A DNA stretch of 64,000 nucleotides from a bacterium (GTDB taxonomy: Bacteria; Patescibacteriota; Patescibacteriia; Patescibacteriales; XYC2-FULL-47-12). Positions within the stretch are counted from its first letter, which is position 1; every line of letters begins with the position of its first letter. The notes beneath the pieces are model-generated. The model was given only the letters and a program-made list of their open reading frames with translations, searched no databases and was not told where the DNA came from. The DNA is taken from assembly GCA_030698385.1 (NCBI GenBank), contig JAUYLZ010000022.1, forward strand, positions 1,301 to 65,300. The letters run 5' to 3'. Shown in pieces: positions 42,486-51,786 of the stretch. The position numbers and the translations under genes are program-made.

Positions 42486-45194
42486 TTATTGACACGAATC
42501 GCACTGCAACCGTTCAATCGGATCAATCGGACAAGCATCAACCGCTGGTTTAAGATTTACCGCATTTTTATCAGTATCACCAACTTTAACTGGACCGCTG
42601 TTGGCTAGCGCTGGCTCGGGAAACTTCCAAATAACTTCGCCTGGTTCACTGTTTTTTTCTTCAACCTGTGCTGTATTTTTATCTTTCATGATGTCGGCCA
42701 TTTGCGCCGCCACTGAAGCGACCGCCGGCTGCGGCTCTGCCGCCGGAATGCTAATCGGTCCAGCGGCTGCCGACTCTTCAGCGGCCGGCAGGGAAGCCGC
42801 TCCGGTAAAACCGCCTTTGAATCTGCCAAAACCGAAACTGCGGCCGCCGGCAATTTGTTCGGACTTGTTCACTCGCGAGGTACTCTGTTCGGCGGTATGG
42901 CGCTGTTTCATGTGCAGGTAATAAAAAGTTTTTAGCCCCTTATCCCAGCCATATTCATAAATACCCATGGTCTCTTCAATGTCGCGGGAAGTCAGATACA
43001 TATTGCGGCTAATCGCCTGGTCAATCCACTTCTGCGCCCGTGAAGCAACTTCAATAAACGCCTTTGGATCCAGCTGAAATGAAGTCTTATAGATATCTTT
43101 AATATGCTGCGGAATACTTTTAATATCGTTAATTTCTCCCTGACGCGATAAAATTTCTTCCTTTACCTCTTCCCAGAGATTCAACTTTTTCAGATCATTT
43201 ATTAAGTTGACATTCACTTCCAAAAACTTGCCGCGATTGGTCGCGCGCGCGAAGATATTGGAAAATTGCGGATCAATGCCGGGCGTGGTGCCAGCCACAA
43301 GACCAATATTGGCAGTTGGCGCAATCGCCATCAGCGTCGCGTTACGCATGCCTTTTTTTACCTTCTGGCGCAGCGCGTCCCAATTTAAGTTTATGCCCCG
43401 ATTTATTTTTATCTCAACGCCGCGGTCTTTTTCCAAAATATCTATAGTATCAATTGGGACAAGCCCCTCACTCCAGCGTGAACCAGTGAAGTTAGGGTAA
43501 CTGCCACGCTCCTGCGCCAAGTCTGCTGAAGTATCAATAGCCACATAACTGACAAACTCCATGATTTTATCAATTAAATTATAAGCGTCCGCGCTATCGT
43601 AGGCAATGCTTTTCCGCTGGATAATATCGGTAAACCCCATAATGCCAAGGCCGATCGCCCGGTTGTTCTTGTCTGAATTTTGCGTTTCCGGAATAGGCGA
43701 TTTATTCACGTCCAATAAATTATCCAGTTGCCGAATGGCCGTACGTACGCTTTCTTCCATTAGCGCCCAGTCAATTTCATCGCTATCGGCGAAATGCTGG
43801 GATAAATTTATCGAGGCCAAATTGCAAACAGCGATATTATTTTTATCCTGCGGCAGACAAATCTCCGTGCAAAGGTTGGAAAGATGAATTGTGCCGGTGT
43901 TGTTATTTAAGGCGCGCACGTTGATTGAATCCTTGAAAGTAATCCACGGATGCGAGGCTGTCTGCAGCATAATCATAATTGATTTAAACTGCTCGCGCGC
44001 TTTTATTTTTTTGAACATATTTAACTTCCCGGCTTCGGCTTTGCGTACATACTCATTATACGCGGCGGAAAACGCAGCGCCATAGAGTTCATTAAGATCA
44101 GCTGTCTCGGCCGGATCAAACAGATACCAGTCATCATTGTTTTTTACCCGCTTCATAAATTCATCCGATATATACACAGATGTATTGGCGGTGCGCGTGC
44201 GGCGGTACTCATCGCCGGCGTTTTGCTTCAGGTCCAAAAACTCAGCAAAATTGTAGTGCCAGTTCTCCATATAAAAACACAGCGCTCCCATCTTTTTCCC
44301 GGCGCGCGAAACCGCGCGCAAGGTTGAGTCAATCGTGTGCATGAAGGGGATTGGCCCGGAAGAAAAAGTATTGTTGGAGCGAACCGGCGACCCTTCCGCG
44401 CGTAATTTTGTTACGGACAGGCCGATGCCGCCGGTTGCCTTGGTTAGCTTCATCACGTCCGAAACGGTTTTGGCGATATGATCGATATTGTCCTGCATTT
44501 CCATCACATAGCAGTTGCTCATCTGCGGCAGGCGCGTGCCGGCATTCACGTTCGTTGATCCGCCGGAAATGTAATGCAGCTGCGAGAGCTTGTTATAAAA
44601 ATTAATTGCCCATTTCGTTGGATTCTGCTCCGGCAGAGCAAGCCCCATGGCAATGCGCATCCAGGTATACTGCGGCAGTTCCAGCAACTCCTGTTTTTCA
44701 CCGCGAATGGCATAGCGTTTTAAAATTGTCGTCAAACCGATATAACGGAACAGTTCATCGCGCTGCGGTTTTAACGCGCTCGCCAGCAGTTCCAAATCGT
44801 ATATACCCGTAAAACGTTTATCCAAAATACCATTTAACGATTTATTTTTGATATAACTGATAAAGTTGCTCCGATGCAGATCAATAAACTCTTCATTGGA
44901 ATTAAAATCACCCAGCACTTTTTTATAATTTGTTTTGAGCAGTAGGCGAGTGGCCGCTTTGTCATAATCAGGGTCATCTTTGATATTTTGCACGGCCGCT
45001 GAAATTGTTGCCTGGTCAAGGTCTTCGGTGGTAATGCCATTATACAGCGTCAGTTCGGTTTCACTGGCGATTTGCGTAACCATACTGATAGGGTCATTCA
45101 AACCAACGCAGGCGCGCTCAATTGAACGATTAATCTTGTCAGCGTCATAAGGCTCCATGGAACCATCGCGGTGTTTAATCATTATATTTGTCAT
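42486..45194 (-). CDS. nrdA: Ribonucleotide reductase class Ia alpha subunit with ATP-cone and long low-complexity C-terminal tail
   Basis: N-terminal ATP-cone (KRDGSMEPYDADKINRSI), SNLCTEI active-site loop and a C-terminal CDSC redox pair after an Ala/Pro/Glu-rich insert. Confidence 0.95.
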   Translation of the reverse strand: MTNIMIKHRDGSMEPYDADKINRSIERACVGLNDPISMVTQIASETELTLYNGITTEDLDQATISAAVQNIKDDPDYDKAATRLLLKTNYKKVLGDFNSNEEFIDLHRSNFISYIKNKSLNGILDKRFTGIYDLELLASALKPQRDELFRYIGLTTILKRYAIRGEKQELLELPQYTWMRIAMGLALPEQNPTKWAINFYNKLSQLHYISGGSTNVNAGTRLPQMSNCYVMEMQDNIDHIAKTVSDVMKLTKATGGIGLSVTKLRAEGSPVRSNNTFSSGPIPFMHTIDSTLRAVSRAGKKMGALCFYMENWHYNFAEFLDLKQNAGDEYRRTRTANTSVYISDEFMKRVKNNDDWYLFDPAETADLNELYGAAFSAAYNEYVRKAEAGKLNMFKKIKAREQFKSIMIMLQTASHPWITFKDSINVRALNNNTGTIHLSNLCTEICLPQDKNNIAVCNLASINLSQHFADSDEIDWALMEESVRTAIRQLDNLLDVNKSPIPETQNSDKNNRAIGLGIMGFTDIIQRKSIAYDSADAYNLIDKIMEFVSYVAIDTSADLAQERGSYPNFTGSRWSEGLVPIDTIDILEKDRGVEIKINRGINLNWDALRQKVKKGMRNATLMAIAPTANIGLVAGTTPGIDPQFSNIFARATNRGKFLEVNVNLINDLKKLNLWEEVKEEILSRQGEINDIKSIPQHIKDIYKTSFQLDPKAFIEVASRAQKWIDQAISRNMYLTSRDIEETMGIYEYGWDKGLKTFYYLHMKQRHTAEQSTSRVNKSEQIAGGRSFGFGRFKGGFTGAASLPAAEESAAAGPISIPAAEPQPAVASVAAQMADIMKDKNTAQVEEKNSEPGEVIWKFPEPALANSGPVKVGDTDKNAVNLKPAVDACPIDPIERLQCDSCQ

Positions 45195-45310
45195 GGGGGT
45201 AACAATTAGTAAAAAAAATTTTATTTGAGCAGGGAAGTGAAGAGTAGAAAAAAACCAATAACTATTTCAAACTTTCAAATAAATTTAAAAATAATGTACT
45301 GACGCAAAAA

Positions 45311-45345
45311 ATACTATATATTGTGGGTGAATTTAAATTATACCA
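45311..45345 (-). promoter_or_regulatory. Candidate nrdA promoter (extended -10 TGGTATAAT) with an adjacent NrdR-box-like palindrome
   Basis: The minus strand reads tgGTATAATttaaattcaccCACAATATATAGTAT. The 16-mer matches 14/16 positions of the NrdR box consensus acaCwAtATaTwGtgt. Confidence 0.4.
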
Positions 45346-45404
45346 CAACATAAAAGCTCCGCCTATTAGCGGAACTTTAGCCTAACAAAAAAGTTATCCA
45401 CACC

Positions 45405-45635
45405 CTACTTTAAATTAAAAAACCATGCGAAAAGTATGAGATGCAATCCATAACCGATTAAGAGAAAAAAAACACCAGTTATCCCCACTATCCTTTCCCT
45501 TCTCATTTCTCTCAAAACAATGTTATCAACTTTGTGCTCATTCAAAAAACGATGATGAACTCGCAAAGCGGCAAAAGCTATCATCACCGTGCCAATTACT
45601 TCAAATGTCGCTGACAACATCTCCAAATATTCCAT
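45405..45635 (-). CDS. Small two-helix membrane hypothetical protein
   Basis: 76 aa, two hydrophobic helices, 4 nt after tal. Confidence 0.4.
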   Translation of the reverse strand: MEYLEMLSATFEVIGTVMIAFAALRVHHRFLNEHKVDNIVLREMRRERIVGITGVFFLLIGYGLHLILFAWFFNLK

Positions 45636-45639
45636 ATGA

Positions 45640-46503
45640 TTATTTTATTAAATTATTCCAGTCTTGCGCGAACTTCGCGATTCCCTGTTCGGTAAGTTCA
45701 TGTTTTAAATTAAACTCATCCCACGATTTTTCTAAATTTAAACTCTGGTAATTAATCGCTGTTAGTCCCCTGCTGTTATAAATAAAATCATCAGCCGGCG
45801 CGAGCAAGCCCTGCTCAGCCCATTCTTGCAAAATTTTTAACGGCGCGGTGATGATATCGCTTTTTATTTTGAGCGCGGCGTTAAAATGATCCAAATTGCG
45901 CACGCTCGCGGTTAGCACTTCAACATGTCCATCACTGGTTTTATACATTTGTAAAATATTTTTTATCAAATCCAGGCCATTCTCGCCGCGGTCATCCAGC
46001 CGGCCGATGAAGGGTGAAACAAAAACATCGCCTTTTTTCGCTCCCCTAGTTGCCGCATAAACTGCGGCTGCCTGTTCTTGGGAAAAACACAAAGTTAAAT
46101 TTACTTTTATACCGTCCGCGATAAATTTTTCAGCAGTCTCCAATCCGGCCGTTGTCGTTGGCAGTTTTATGTGCGCGTTGGGAATCCAGGTGTTCATCTC
46201 CCTGCCCTGCTTAAGCATTTGTTCCGCCGTCGTATTTGCGTCAGCATAAACTTCAACCGAAATTGAACCGTTGGGAATCAGCCCGGACAGCTCGGTAACG
46301 ACTTTTTTATAATACTCGTACACTTCAGTTTCAGAAAACTTCTCTCCGCGCGCCAGTCGCTCTTGCGCGTCCGGACTTTTCGCGATTAATGATGGGTTAG
46401 TCGTCTGGCCGTCCAAAAAGCCGAGGAGCTTAATTGCTTCTTTAGTTTCGGCAATGTCGCCGGAGTCAAGGAAGATTTTGGTTCTTAAACGTTGGAGAAT
46501 CAT
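45640..46503 (-). CDS. tal: Transaldolase
   Basis: KIFLDSGD, GQTTNPSL and the active-site region IKLPTT; 287 aa. Confidence 0.9.
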   Translation of the reverse strand: MILQRLRTKIFLDSGDIAETKEAIKLLGFLDGQTTNPSLIAKSPDAQERLARGEKFSETEVYEYYKKVVTELSGLIPNGSISVEVYADANTTAEQMLKQGREMNTWIPNAHIKLPTTTAGLETAEKFIADGIKVNLTLCFSQEQAAAVYAATRGAKKGDVFVSPFIGRLDDRGENGLDLIKNILQMYKTSDGHVEVLTASVRNLDHFNAALKIKSDIITAPLKILQEWAEQGLLAPADDFIYNSRGLTAINYQSLNLEKSWDEFNLKHELTEQGIAKFAQDWNNLIK

Positions 46504-46513
46504 GAATAAAGAA

Positions 46514-46903
46514 TTAGGAATTATGAATAAAACGATTGGTTTGCTTTATCAGGCCGTTTGTGATTTTGTGAACTTTTATTGATTGCTGAGCGAGTTCGTT
46601 AAATACCTCAAGCGTCAAATAGCCTACATCCCGCGCAATTAATAATTGATTTTGTAACTCTGTTACTGACCCAAGGGATATAAAATAAAAATGTAATTTT
46701 TCTTTATACGAATAGCGGCTAAATCCTTCAGCAATGTTAGAAGTGATAGATACCGCACACCTTCTCGTTTGACTAGTTAAACCAAACAACTCTTCTTTGG
46801 GAAAAGATTTGGTAATGACATAAACGCGTAATACTAACTTGTGTCCCTCTTTCCATGCGTCTAAATCAGTAAACGAAACGATTTTACCTGATTCCTGATT
46901 CAT
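46514..46903 (-). CDS. Four-helix-bundle protein (23S rRNA intervening-sequence protein family)
   Basis: LDAWKEGHKLVLRVY..FPKEELFGLTSQTRRCAVSITSNIAEGFSR..GSVTELQNQLLIA is the hallmark pattern of this family. Confidence 0.8.
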   Translation of the reverse strand: MNQESGKIVSFTDLDAWKEGHKLVLRVYVITKSFPKEELFGLTSQTRRCAVSITSNIAEGFSRYSYKEKLHFYFISLGSVTELQNQLLIARDVGYLTLEVFNELAQQSIKVHKITNGLIKQTNRFIHNS

Positions 46904-46913
46904 ATATCATCAT

Positions 46914-47021
46914 TCATCTCACAATCTCCTTCCCCTCATGATACTCAATCGGATGCTCTTGGGTTTCGGTAATGTCGCCGCTGTCTAAAAATATTTTGGT
47001 TGTTATATATTCTGGCCTCAT
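46914..47021 (-). pseudogene. Chimeric remnant: tal-like 5' end fused to a LOG-like 3' end (repeat R copy 3)
   Basis: It translates to MRPEYITTKIFLDSGDITET-QEHPIEYHEGKEIVR. The first part parallels tal residues TKIFLDSGDIAET and the second parallels the LOG C-terminus QERPIEYHDGQEIMK. Confidence 0.55.
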
Positions 47022-47069
47022 AATACGACGTTTAACATTTTATCGTACAAAATAAAACTCATTACTACA

Positions 47070-48347
47070 TTAGTCTACGCCTTCTATAGCCTCTACAATC
47101 TTACCGGCACTCATCCAGCTTAACTCTGTATCGGGATGTTGTGCAAAACAACTCCGAACGTCATCGTGAAAATACTGCTGCGCTTCTCGCATCTTATCTT
47201 CCCAGTGATAGTGACAGTCGTAGATACTTTCAAATTCAGCACTTGGACACGTGTCATAGCCATCCACCGCTACCGAATGCTCCGCCCTGCCATTAGCATC
47301 AGCTTGCACAAAACAGTCAACCAGCGCCTGATCGTCTGTGTTCAGCATTTCATACGCCATAGTTTCTGCGGGCGGTGACTGTATTAAAAAATCATCTGCT
47401 GAAACATAATAATACTCCATGTTTTCAATAATACCGCTATCGTCCTCATCGTATTCCAAATTCATGCCAACAGGAAATACACGCCCCCGACGGTAAAAAA
47501 AGTGTGCGAGTGCCATTAAATCTATGCCGTCATCCGGTATCGTGATTGCTTCGTTACTTTCCCGTAAATTAGCCACTGTTCCTGCTGGATATTTTTGTCC
47601 GCCTTCTTGTTGATTCAGATAGTGCAATTCAGCACCCTCATGTAATTGATCGTCCAAAAGCAACGTTCTAACCAGCTCCGGAGATGACATTACCGCTGCT
47701 AATGCATTGTCAGGAACCCAATGCCCGGCAATTTCTTTTTCTTCGGTAAGCGCATGGCCACGCTCAGCAAGCTCACGGCTACGTAGCGTTTCAATTTCTG
47801 CTTCGCTATACCCTCCTGCTAAAGATCTCACATACGCTATGCCACTGATATGTTCCGACACACAATACCAATAACGGTGCGCCGCTTTTTTAAAACACAG
47901 GGTCTCATCAGCATACACCGCATCCCACACGCCATATGTATCATAGTGTATTTTGTACCGGCTACCGTCACTACTCATAACAATTTCAATGTTAAATGGC
48001 TCTGTGTATCCTAATCTCTCAAGATTGCTGACAACATTCAACGCATAGGCAGCTGGTTGCGTACGTGCCACATCAATAGTACCACTCGTTATGCTATCTG
48101 TCTGGTGTATGTCACCGTCATCACTGACGATGGTAGTATGTTGTGGTGCTGCATTATTAAAAACAAACACCCAGACTATAAAGAAAAGCGTGGCTAAAAA
48201 GAGCAGCCCGGCAGCGCTCCATACCATAGCAATGGTGCGCTTACTGCCTTCTTTAGCTATGCTTACATTACTATTCTCTAGTACTTGCTCATCATTGTTG
48301 CTTGGTTGTTCTACACTATCAATTAGCTGCTGATTTTCTTCTTCCAT
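47070..48347 (-). CDS. Orphan N-terminally anchored extracytoplasmic protein (425 aa)
   Basis: Acidic N-terminus, one TM helix (MVWSAAGLLFLATLFFIVWVFVF) and a large Cys-containing ectodomain. Confidence 0.5.
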   Translation of the reverse strand: MEEENQQLIDSVEQPSNNDEQVLENSNVSIAKEGSKRTIAMVWSAAGLLFLATLFFIVWVFVFNNAAPQHTTIVSDDGDIHQTDSITSGTIDVARTQPAAYALNVVSNLERLGYTEPFNIEIVMSSDGSRYKIHYDTYGVWDAVYADETLCFKKAAHRYWYCVSEHISGIAYVRSLAGGYSEAEIETLRSRELAERGHALTEEKEIAGHWVPDNALAAVMSSPELVRTLLLDDQLHEGAELHYLNQQEGGQKYPAGTVANLRESNEAITIPDDGIDLMALAHFFYRRGRVFPVGMNLEYDEDDSGIIENMEYYYVSADDFLIQSPPAETMAYEMLNTDDQALVDCFVQADANGRAEHSVAVDGYDTCPSAEFESIYDCHYHWEDKMREAQQYFHDDVRSCFAQHPDTELSWMSAGKIVEAIEGVD

Positions 48348-48375
48348 ATTTTTTCTTTTGAACTATTGAAAATTT

Positions 48376-48446
48376 CACTTCATAATCTCCTGCCCATCAT
48401 AATCTCCTGCCCCTCGTGGTACTCAATCAGACGCTTGGTTGTTTCG
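48376..48446. repeat. Repeat R copy 2 (LOG 3'-end-derived), with an internal 17-nt tandem duplication
   Basis: cttcataatctcctgcccat[cataatctcctgccc]ctcgtggtactcaatcagacgcttgg aligns with 49081..49130. Confidence 0.8.
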
Positions 48447-48463
48447 TTTTTATAGTATGGTAC

Positions 48464-49066
48464 TTACTTTTTTATTGGTTCACACCACTGGTAACTACCC
48501 AAACAGCGCAACTGATTTTGCATCAATCCTGCCGGACAGCCACTCGACGGCATGGGTATATATCCACTTTTTTGCATAACCGTTACTGATTCTATACAAC
48601 ATTCATCATTTTGGTTCTGACAGTTAGTGAGTAGGCTTTTGTAGTAGGGTGGTTGCTGCACCGTACTACTAGGCGGCCAACCCTCACTCCATCGCCAACC
48701 CTCACTCCGCCATTGAAAATTATCTATATAAACAATGTACGCAACTACCACCATAACAGTAGTCACACCCAAAAAAACTACTATTTTCCATATCTTGTTC
48801 ATTTGCAACATACTAGTAAAAAAGTACACTGCCGAAGGAGCGAGTAATATAATATAGCCTAAGACCAATTGCGTGATTGTAATACACTGCGAAGGGCAGC
48901 GTACAAACGCGGCATCATAGAGCACTGTCCAATCCGGACATGTAGCGGTCGTTGGGGCACATCGAGGCATGCCGTGCGGCGTACCCAGCTGTAACATAAC
49001 GTACCAAATAAACAAGATAACGAAACTGACAAAAATATTAATGATAATTTTTTTAGAAAATTTCAT
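48464..49066 (-). CDS. Orphan Cys-rich multi-pass membrane protein (200 aa)
   Basis: Three hydrophobic helices, a WRSEGWRWSEGW repeat and Cys-rich loops. Confidence 0.45.
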   Translation of the reverse strand: MKFSKKIIINIFVSFVILFIWYVMLQLGTPHGMPRCAPTTATCPDWTVLYDAAFVRCPSQCITITQLVLGYIILLAPSAVYFFTSMLQMNKIWKIVVFLGVTTVMVVVAYIVYIDNFQWRSEGWRWSEGWPPSSTVQQPPYYKSLLTNCQNQNDECCIESVTVMQKSGYIPMPSSGCPAGLMQNQLRCLGSYQWCEPIKK

Positions 49067-49078
49067 ACTTCTTATTTC

Positions 49079-49831
49079 TTACTTCATAATCTCCTGCCCA
49101 TCATGGTACTCAATCGGACGCTCTTGGGTGTTAACCTTATCTTTCTTAATTAAACTATCAATATGCCGTAGCGCCTCGCCAGCGGAATCAACGAGGTGAT
49201 AAATTTCTAAATCCTCTTGGGCTATTGCCTTGCTTTTATTATACAGCTCTTGCTCAATCCAGGAAAGCAGCGGTTGCCAGTAGCTTTTACCGACTAAAAT
49301 AATGGGGATGCGGCAAATTTTTTTCGTCTGTACCAAAGTCGCGATTTCAAAAAATTCATCCAGCGTGCCAAACCCGCCGGGAAAGTAGATATAAATTTCT
49401 GACGCGTAGGCGAGCATCACCTTACGAATAAAAAAATAGTGAAATGACTGTGACTCTCTGACATAACGGTTGGTACGCTGTTCTTTGGGTAGCTGAATAT
49501 TGAGCCCGACCGAGACGCCATTTTTTGCCTCCACCGCGCCCTTGTTGGCGGCCGCCATTACGCCGGGTCCGCCGCCGGTAATGACCGCAAAGCCGCGCTC
49601 GGCTAACCCTTTAGCTAAGCTTGCCGCTTCATCATAAATCTTATCGCCATCTTTACAGCGCGCGCTGCCAAAAATAGTGGCGGCCGCGTCATAGCGGCGC
49701 AGAAACTCAAAGCCAGAAACGAACTCGCCCATGATTTTGAAAATGCGCCAAGACGGGGTGACTTCGTCGCGGCTGTAGGCGATGGAGGAGATTCGGGGTT
49801 TAAATTTTTTTACTATCTTTCTATTAAACAT
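49079..49831 (-). CDS. LOG-family (TIGR00730-type) nucleotide 5'-monophosphate nucleosidase
   Basis: GGGPGVMAAANKGA and PGGFGTLDEFFE motifs. The last ~50 nt constitute repeat R copy 1. Confidence 0.85.
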   Translation of the reverse strand: MFNRKIVKKFKPRISSIAYSRDEVTPSWRIFKIMGEFVSGFEFLRRYDAAATIFGSARCKDGDKIYDEAASLAKGLAERGFAVITGGGPGVMAAANKGAVEAKNGVSVGLNIQLPKEQRTNRYVRESQSFHYFFIRKVMLAYASEIYIYFPGGFGTLDEFFEIATLVQTKKICRIPIILVGKSYWQPLLSWIEQELYNKSKAIAQEDLEIYHLVDSAGEALRHIDSLIKKDKVNTQERPIEYHDGQEIMK

Positions 49832-49868
49832 ATTGTTCTATGCTTTGTTTCAAAAATTTTATAACGAA

Positions 49869-50411
49869 TTAAAATTCATCTAAATTTTCTATGATATTAT
49901 CCTTTGCAGAGTCAATTTTAAATTTATGTTCGAAAACATATGTTGAGCTTGCGGGGTTTTTCATCCACTCCCGATAATCTGCTTCGCGAAATTGAATGGT
50001 ATCCGAAGTATTTCCTTCATTGTTTTCAGCCCATATAGTAATCGTTGGATTGAATCTGGAGGCTCCAGAGTCTAAAGGCACAAGACCATTTGTTAAATCT
50101 AAATCGTAAGGACCTTCGGCACAATAATCATATTCTTGCCAAGGTGGTTCGTACTCGTAACAAATATGTAATTTCCCCTCCTTTATTGGCCAACCCCATT
50201 TATTTACGACTAATAGTTTGATAAACGAGTCAGGGGGAAGATTAGGAAGACCTAAATATGTTTCAACTGAACCATCCATATTCTTTATTCTATATTGATC
50301 ATCGCCATCTATAGATCGCAGTTTAGGTATATAAACGTAGTAATATGTACCAAAAATAACGATTATAAAAAATGCATAAATAAAAATAGGTTTTAAATAT
50401 TTTTTATTCAT
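49869..50411 (-). CDS. Orphan N-terminally anchored protein (180 aa)
   Basis: Anchor helix PIFIYAFFIIVIFGTYYYVYI followed by a soluble domain. Confidence 0.45.
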   Translation of the reverse strand: MNKKYLKPIFIYAFFIIVIFGTYYYVYIPKLRSIDGDDQYRIKNMDGSVETYLGLPNLPPDSFIKLLVVNKWGWPIKEGKLHICYEYEPPWQEYDYCAEGPYDLDLTNGLVPLDSGASRFNPTITIWAENNEGNTSDTIQFREADYREWMKNPASSTYVFEHKFKIDSAKDNIIENLDEF

Positions 50412-50560
50412 ATATATAGTTATTAGCTATAATTAACTCGGGAATAGCCTTTCCCTGTGGACAAGTTTTTACTTCTGTTTTACACTCTTTACCAGTAAGG
50501 TATCCAGTCAAGAATGCATAATCTAACTATTCATGTAGGCCTATTTAGCACTACTTTGTT

Positions 50561-50641
50561 ATGACTAAACTTATGTTCTATCTCGGAATTGATGTGGGAA
50601 AATTTTCCCACTCACTCTGCCTCATTGACGAAGCCGACCAT
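50561..50641 (+). mobile_element. IS110-family transposase N-terminal stub (about 27 codons)
   Basis: MTKLMFYLGIDVGKFSHSLCLIDEAD matches the GIDV(G/S)K start of DEDD-type IS110 transposases. The reading frame then runs into the antisense of the truncated LOG copy. Confidence 0.55.
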
Positions 50642-51064
50642 CATGACCTTGCGCGTAAAAAAATAATGAAAAGCTTGCGACTCTTGCACGTATTTATTAA
50701 TGCGCTGCTCGCGCGGCAGCTGAATATTGAGACCAACCGAGACACCGTTTTTGGTTTCCGCCGCGCCCTTGTTGGCGGTCGCCATCACACCGGGCCCGCC
50801 GCCGGTAATGACCGCAAAGCCGCGCTCGGCTAACCCTTTAGCTAAGCTTGCCGCTTCATCATAAATTTTATCGCCATCTTTACAGCGCGCGCTGCCAAAA
50901 ATCGTGGCGGCCGCGTCATAGCGGCGCAGAAACTCAAAACCAGAGACGAACTCGCCCATGATTTTGAAGATGCGCCACGATGGGGTGACTTCGTCGCGAC
51001 TGTAGGCGATAGACGAAATGCGGGGTTGAAATTTTATGGCTGGTTTTTTGCGAGCAAATATCAT
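50612..51064 (-). pseudogene. Truncated duplicate of the LOG gene (lacks the PGGxGTxxE half)
   Basis: More than 80 consecutive residues are identical to 49079..49831 (PRISSIAYSRDEVTPSWRIFKIMGEF...GGGPGVMA). Homology ends after RKVM at about nt 50642. Confidence 0.7.
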
Positions 51065-51123
51065 AAATTGTTATATTGTCCTATTGTTATATTATTACGT
51101 CATTACGCGCTCCCGGTTTATTA

Positions 51124-51759
51124 CTAGTTTGATACATAGTACGCTGCCGACTTCGGCCATGAAATAAAATTAACTAAAAATCTTTTTATAGTATCAAGAT
51201 CGGCATTCGTCCTTAACTGATAGAAAGTAATTCCTCCGTAAAGGATGTCGCCGCTTTTATAGTCTTTTGAACGAATGTTCACAATTTTGTAACCAGGATC
51301 AAGCTGCCACCGCGTTGAGGCATTCCCATTCTTGTCTGTGTCGGATATATCATAGATGTATATTTCGGCATTGTGATGAGCTGTTTCTATTTCCAGCTTA
51401 TCAATGAGGTTACTGTTTTGAGGTAAAAAATTAACGGCTTCCGGTTCAGTTTCTCTTGTCCAAATTTCTATAACTTGTCCGGAGTAATCTTCATTTTCTC
51501 TGACAACTAAGTGGTTACCTGAATTTTCACTAACCCTAACGCCGTACCAGCGAGTCGGGTATAAAAAATGTATGTGAAATAATTCAGCGTCGGTATAACC
51601 AACATCTCCTACCTCAAGATATGGAAACACATCGTCACCCAAGGGCATATCATAATAAGGCGAGTCAAATTCTAAATAATTAGGCGAGTCAAAGCCCCAA
51701 ATTAAGAGACTTATTACCGCTAACAAAATTACTATAATTATTATCAGATACTTTATCAT
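51124..51759 (-). CDS. Orphan N-terminally anchored protein (211 aa)
   Basis: Anchor helix IKYLIIIIVILLAVISLLIW followed by a soluble domain. Confidence 0.45.
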   Translation of the reverse strand: MIKYLIIIIVILLAVISLLIWGFDSPNYLEFDSPYYDMPLGDDVFPYLEVGDVGYTDAELFHIHFLYPTRWYGVRVSENSGNHLVVRENEDYSGQVIEIWTRETEPEAVNFLPQNSNLIDKLEIETAHHNAEIYIYDISDTDKNGNASTRWQLDPGYKIVNIRSKDYKSGDILYGGITFYQLRTNADLDTIKRFLVNFISWPKSAAYYVSN

Positions 51760-51786
51760 AAAATTGTTCGGTTGTTTTATTAAAGG

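Noticed and set aside
50561-50833. 90-aa ORF considered as an intact small transposase or hypothetical gene.
   Set aside because: Only the first ~27 codons look like an IS110 transposase. The rest is the antisense of the truncated LOG copy, so it is a junction artefact rather than a functional gene.
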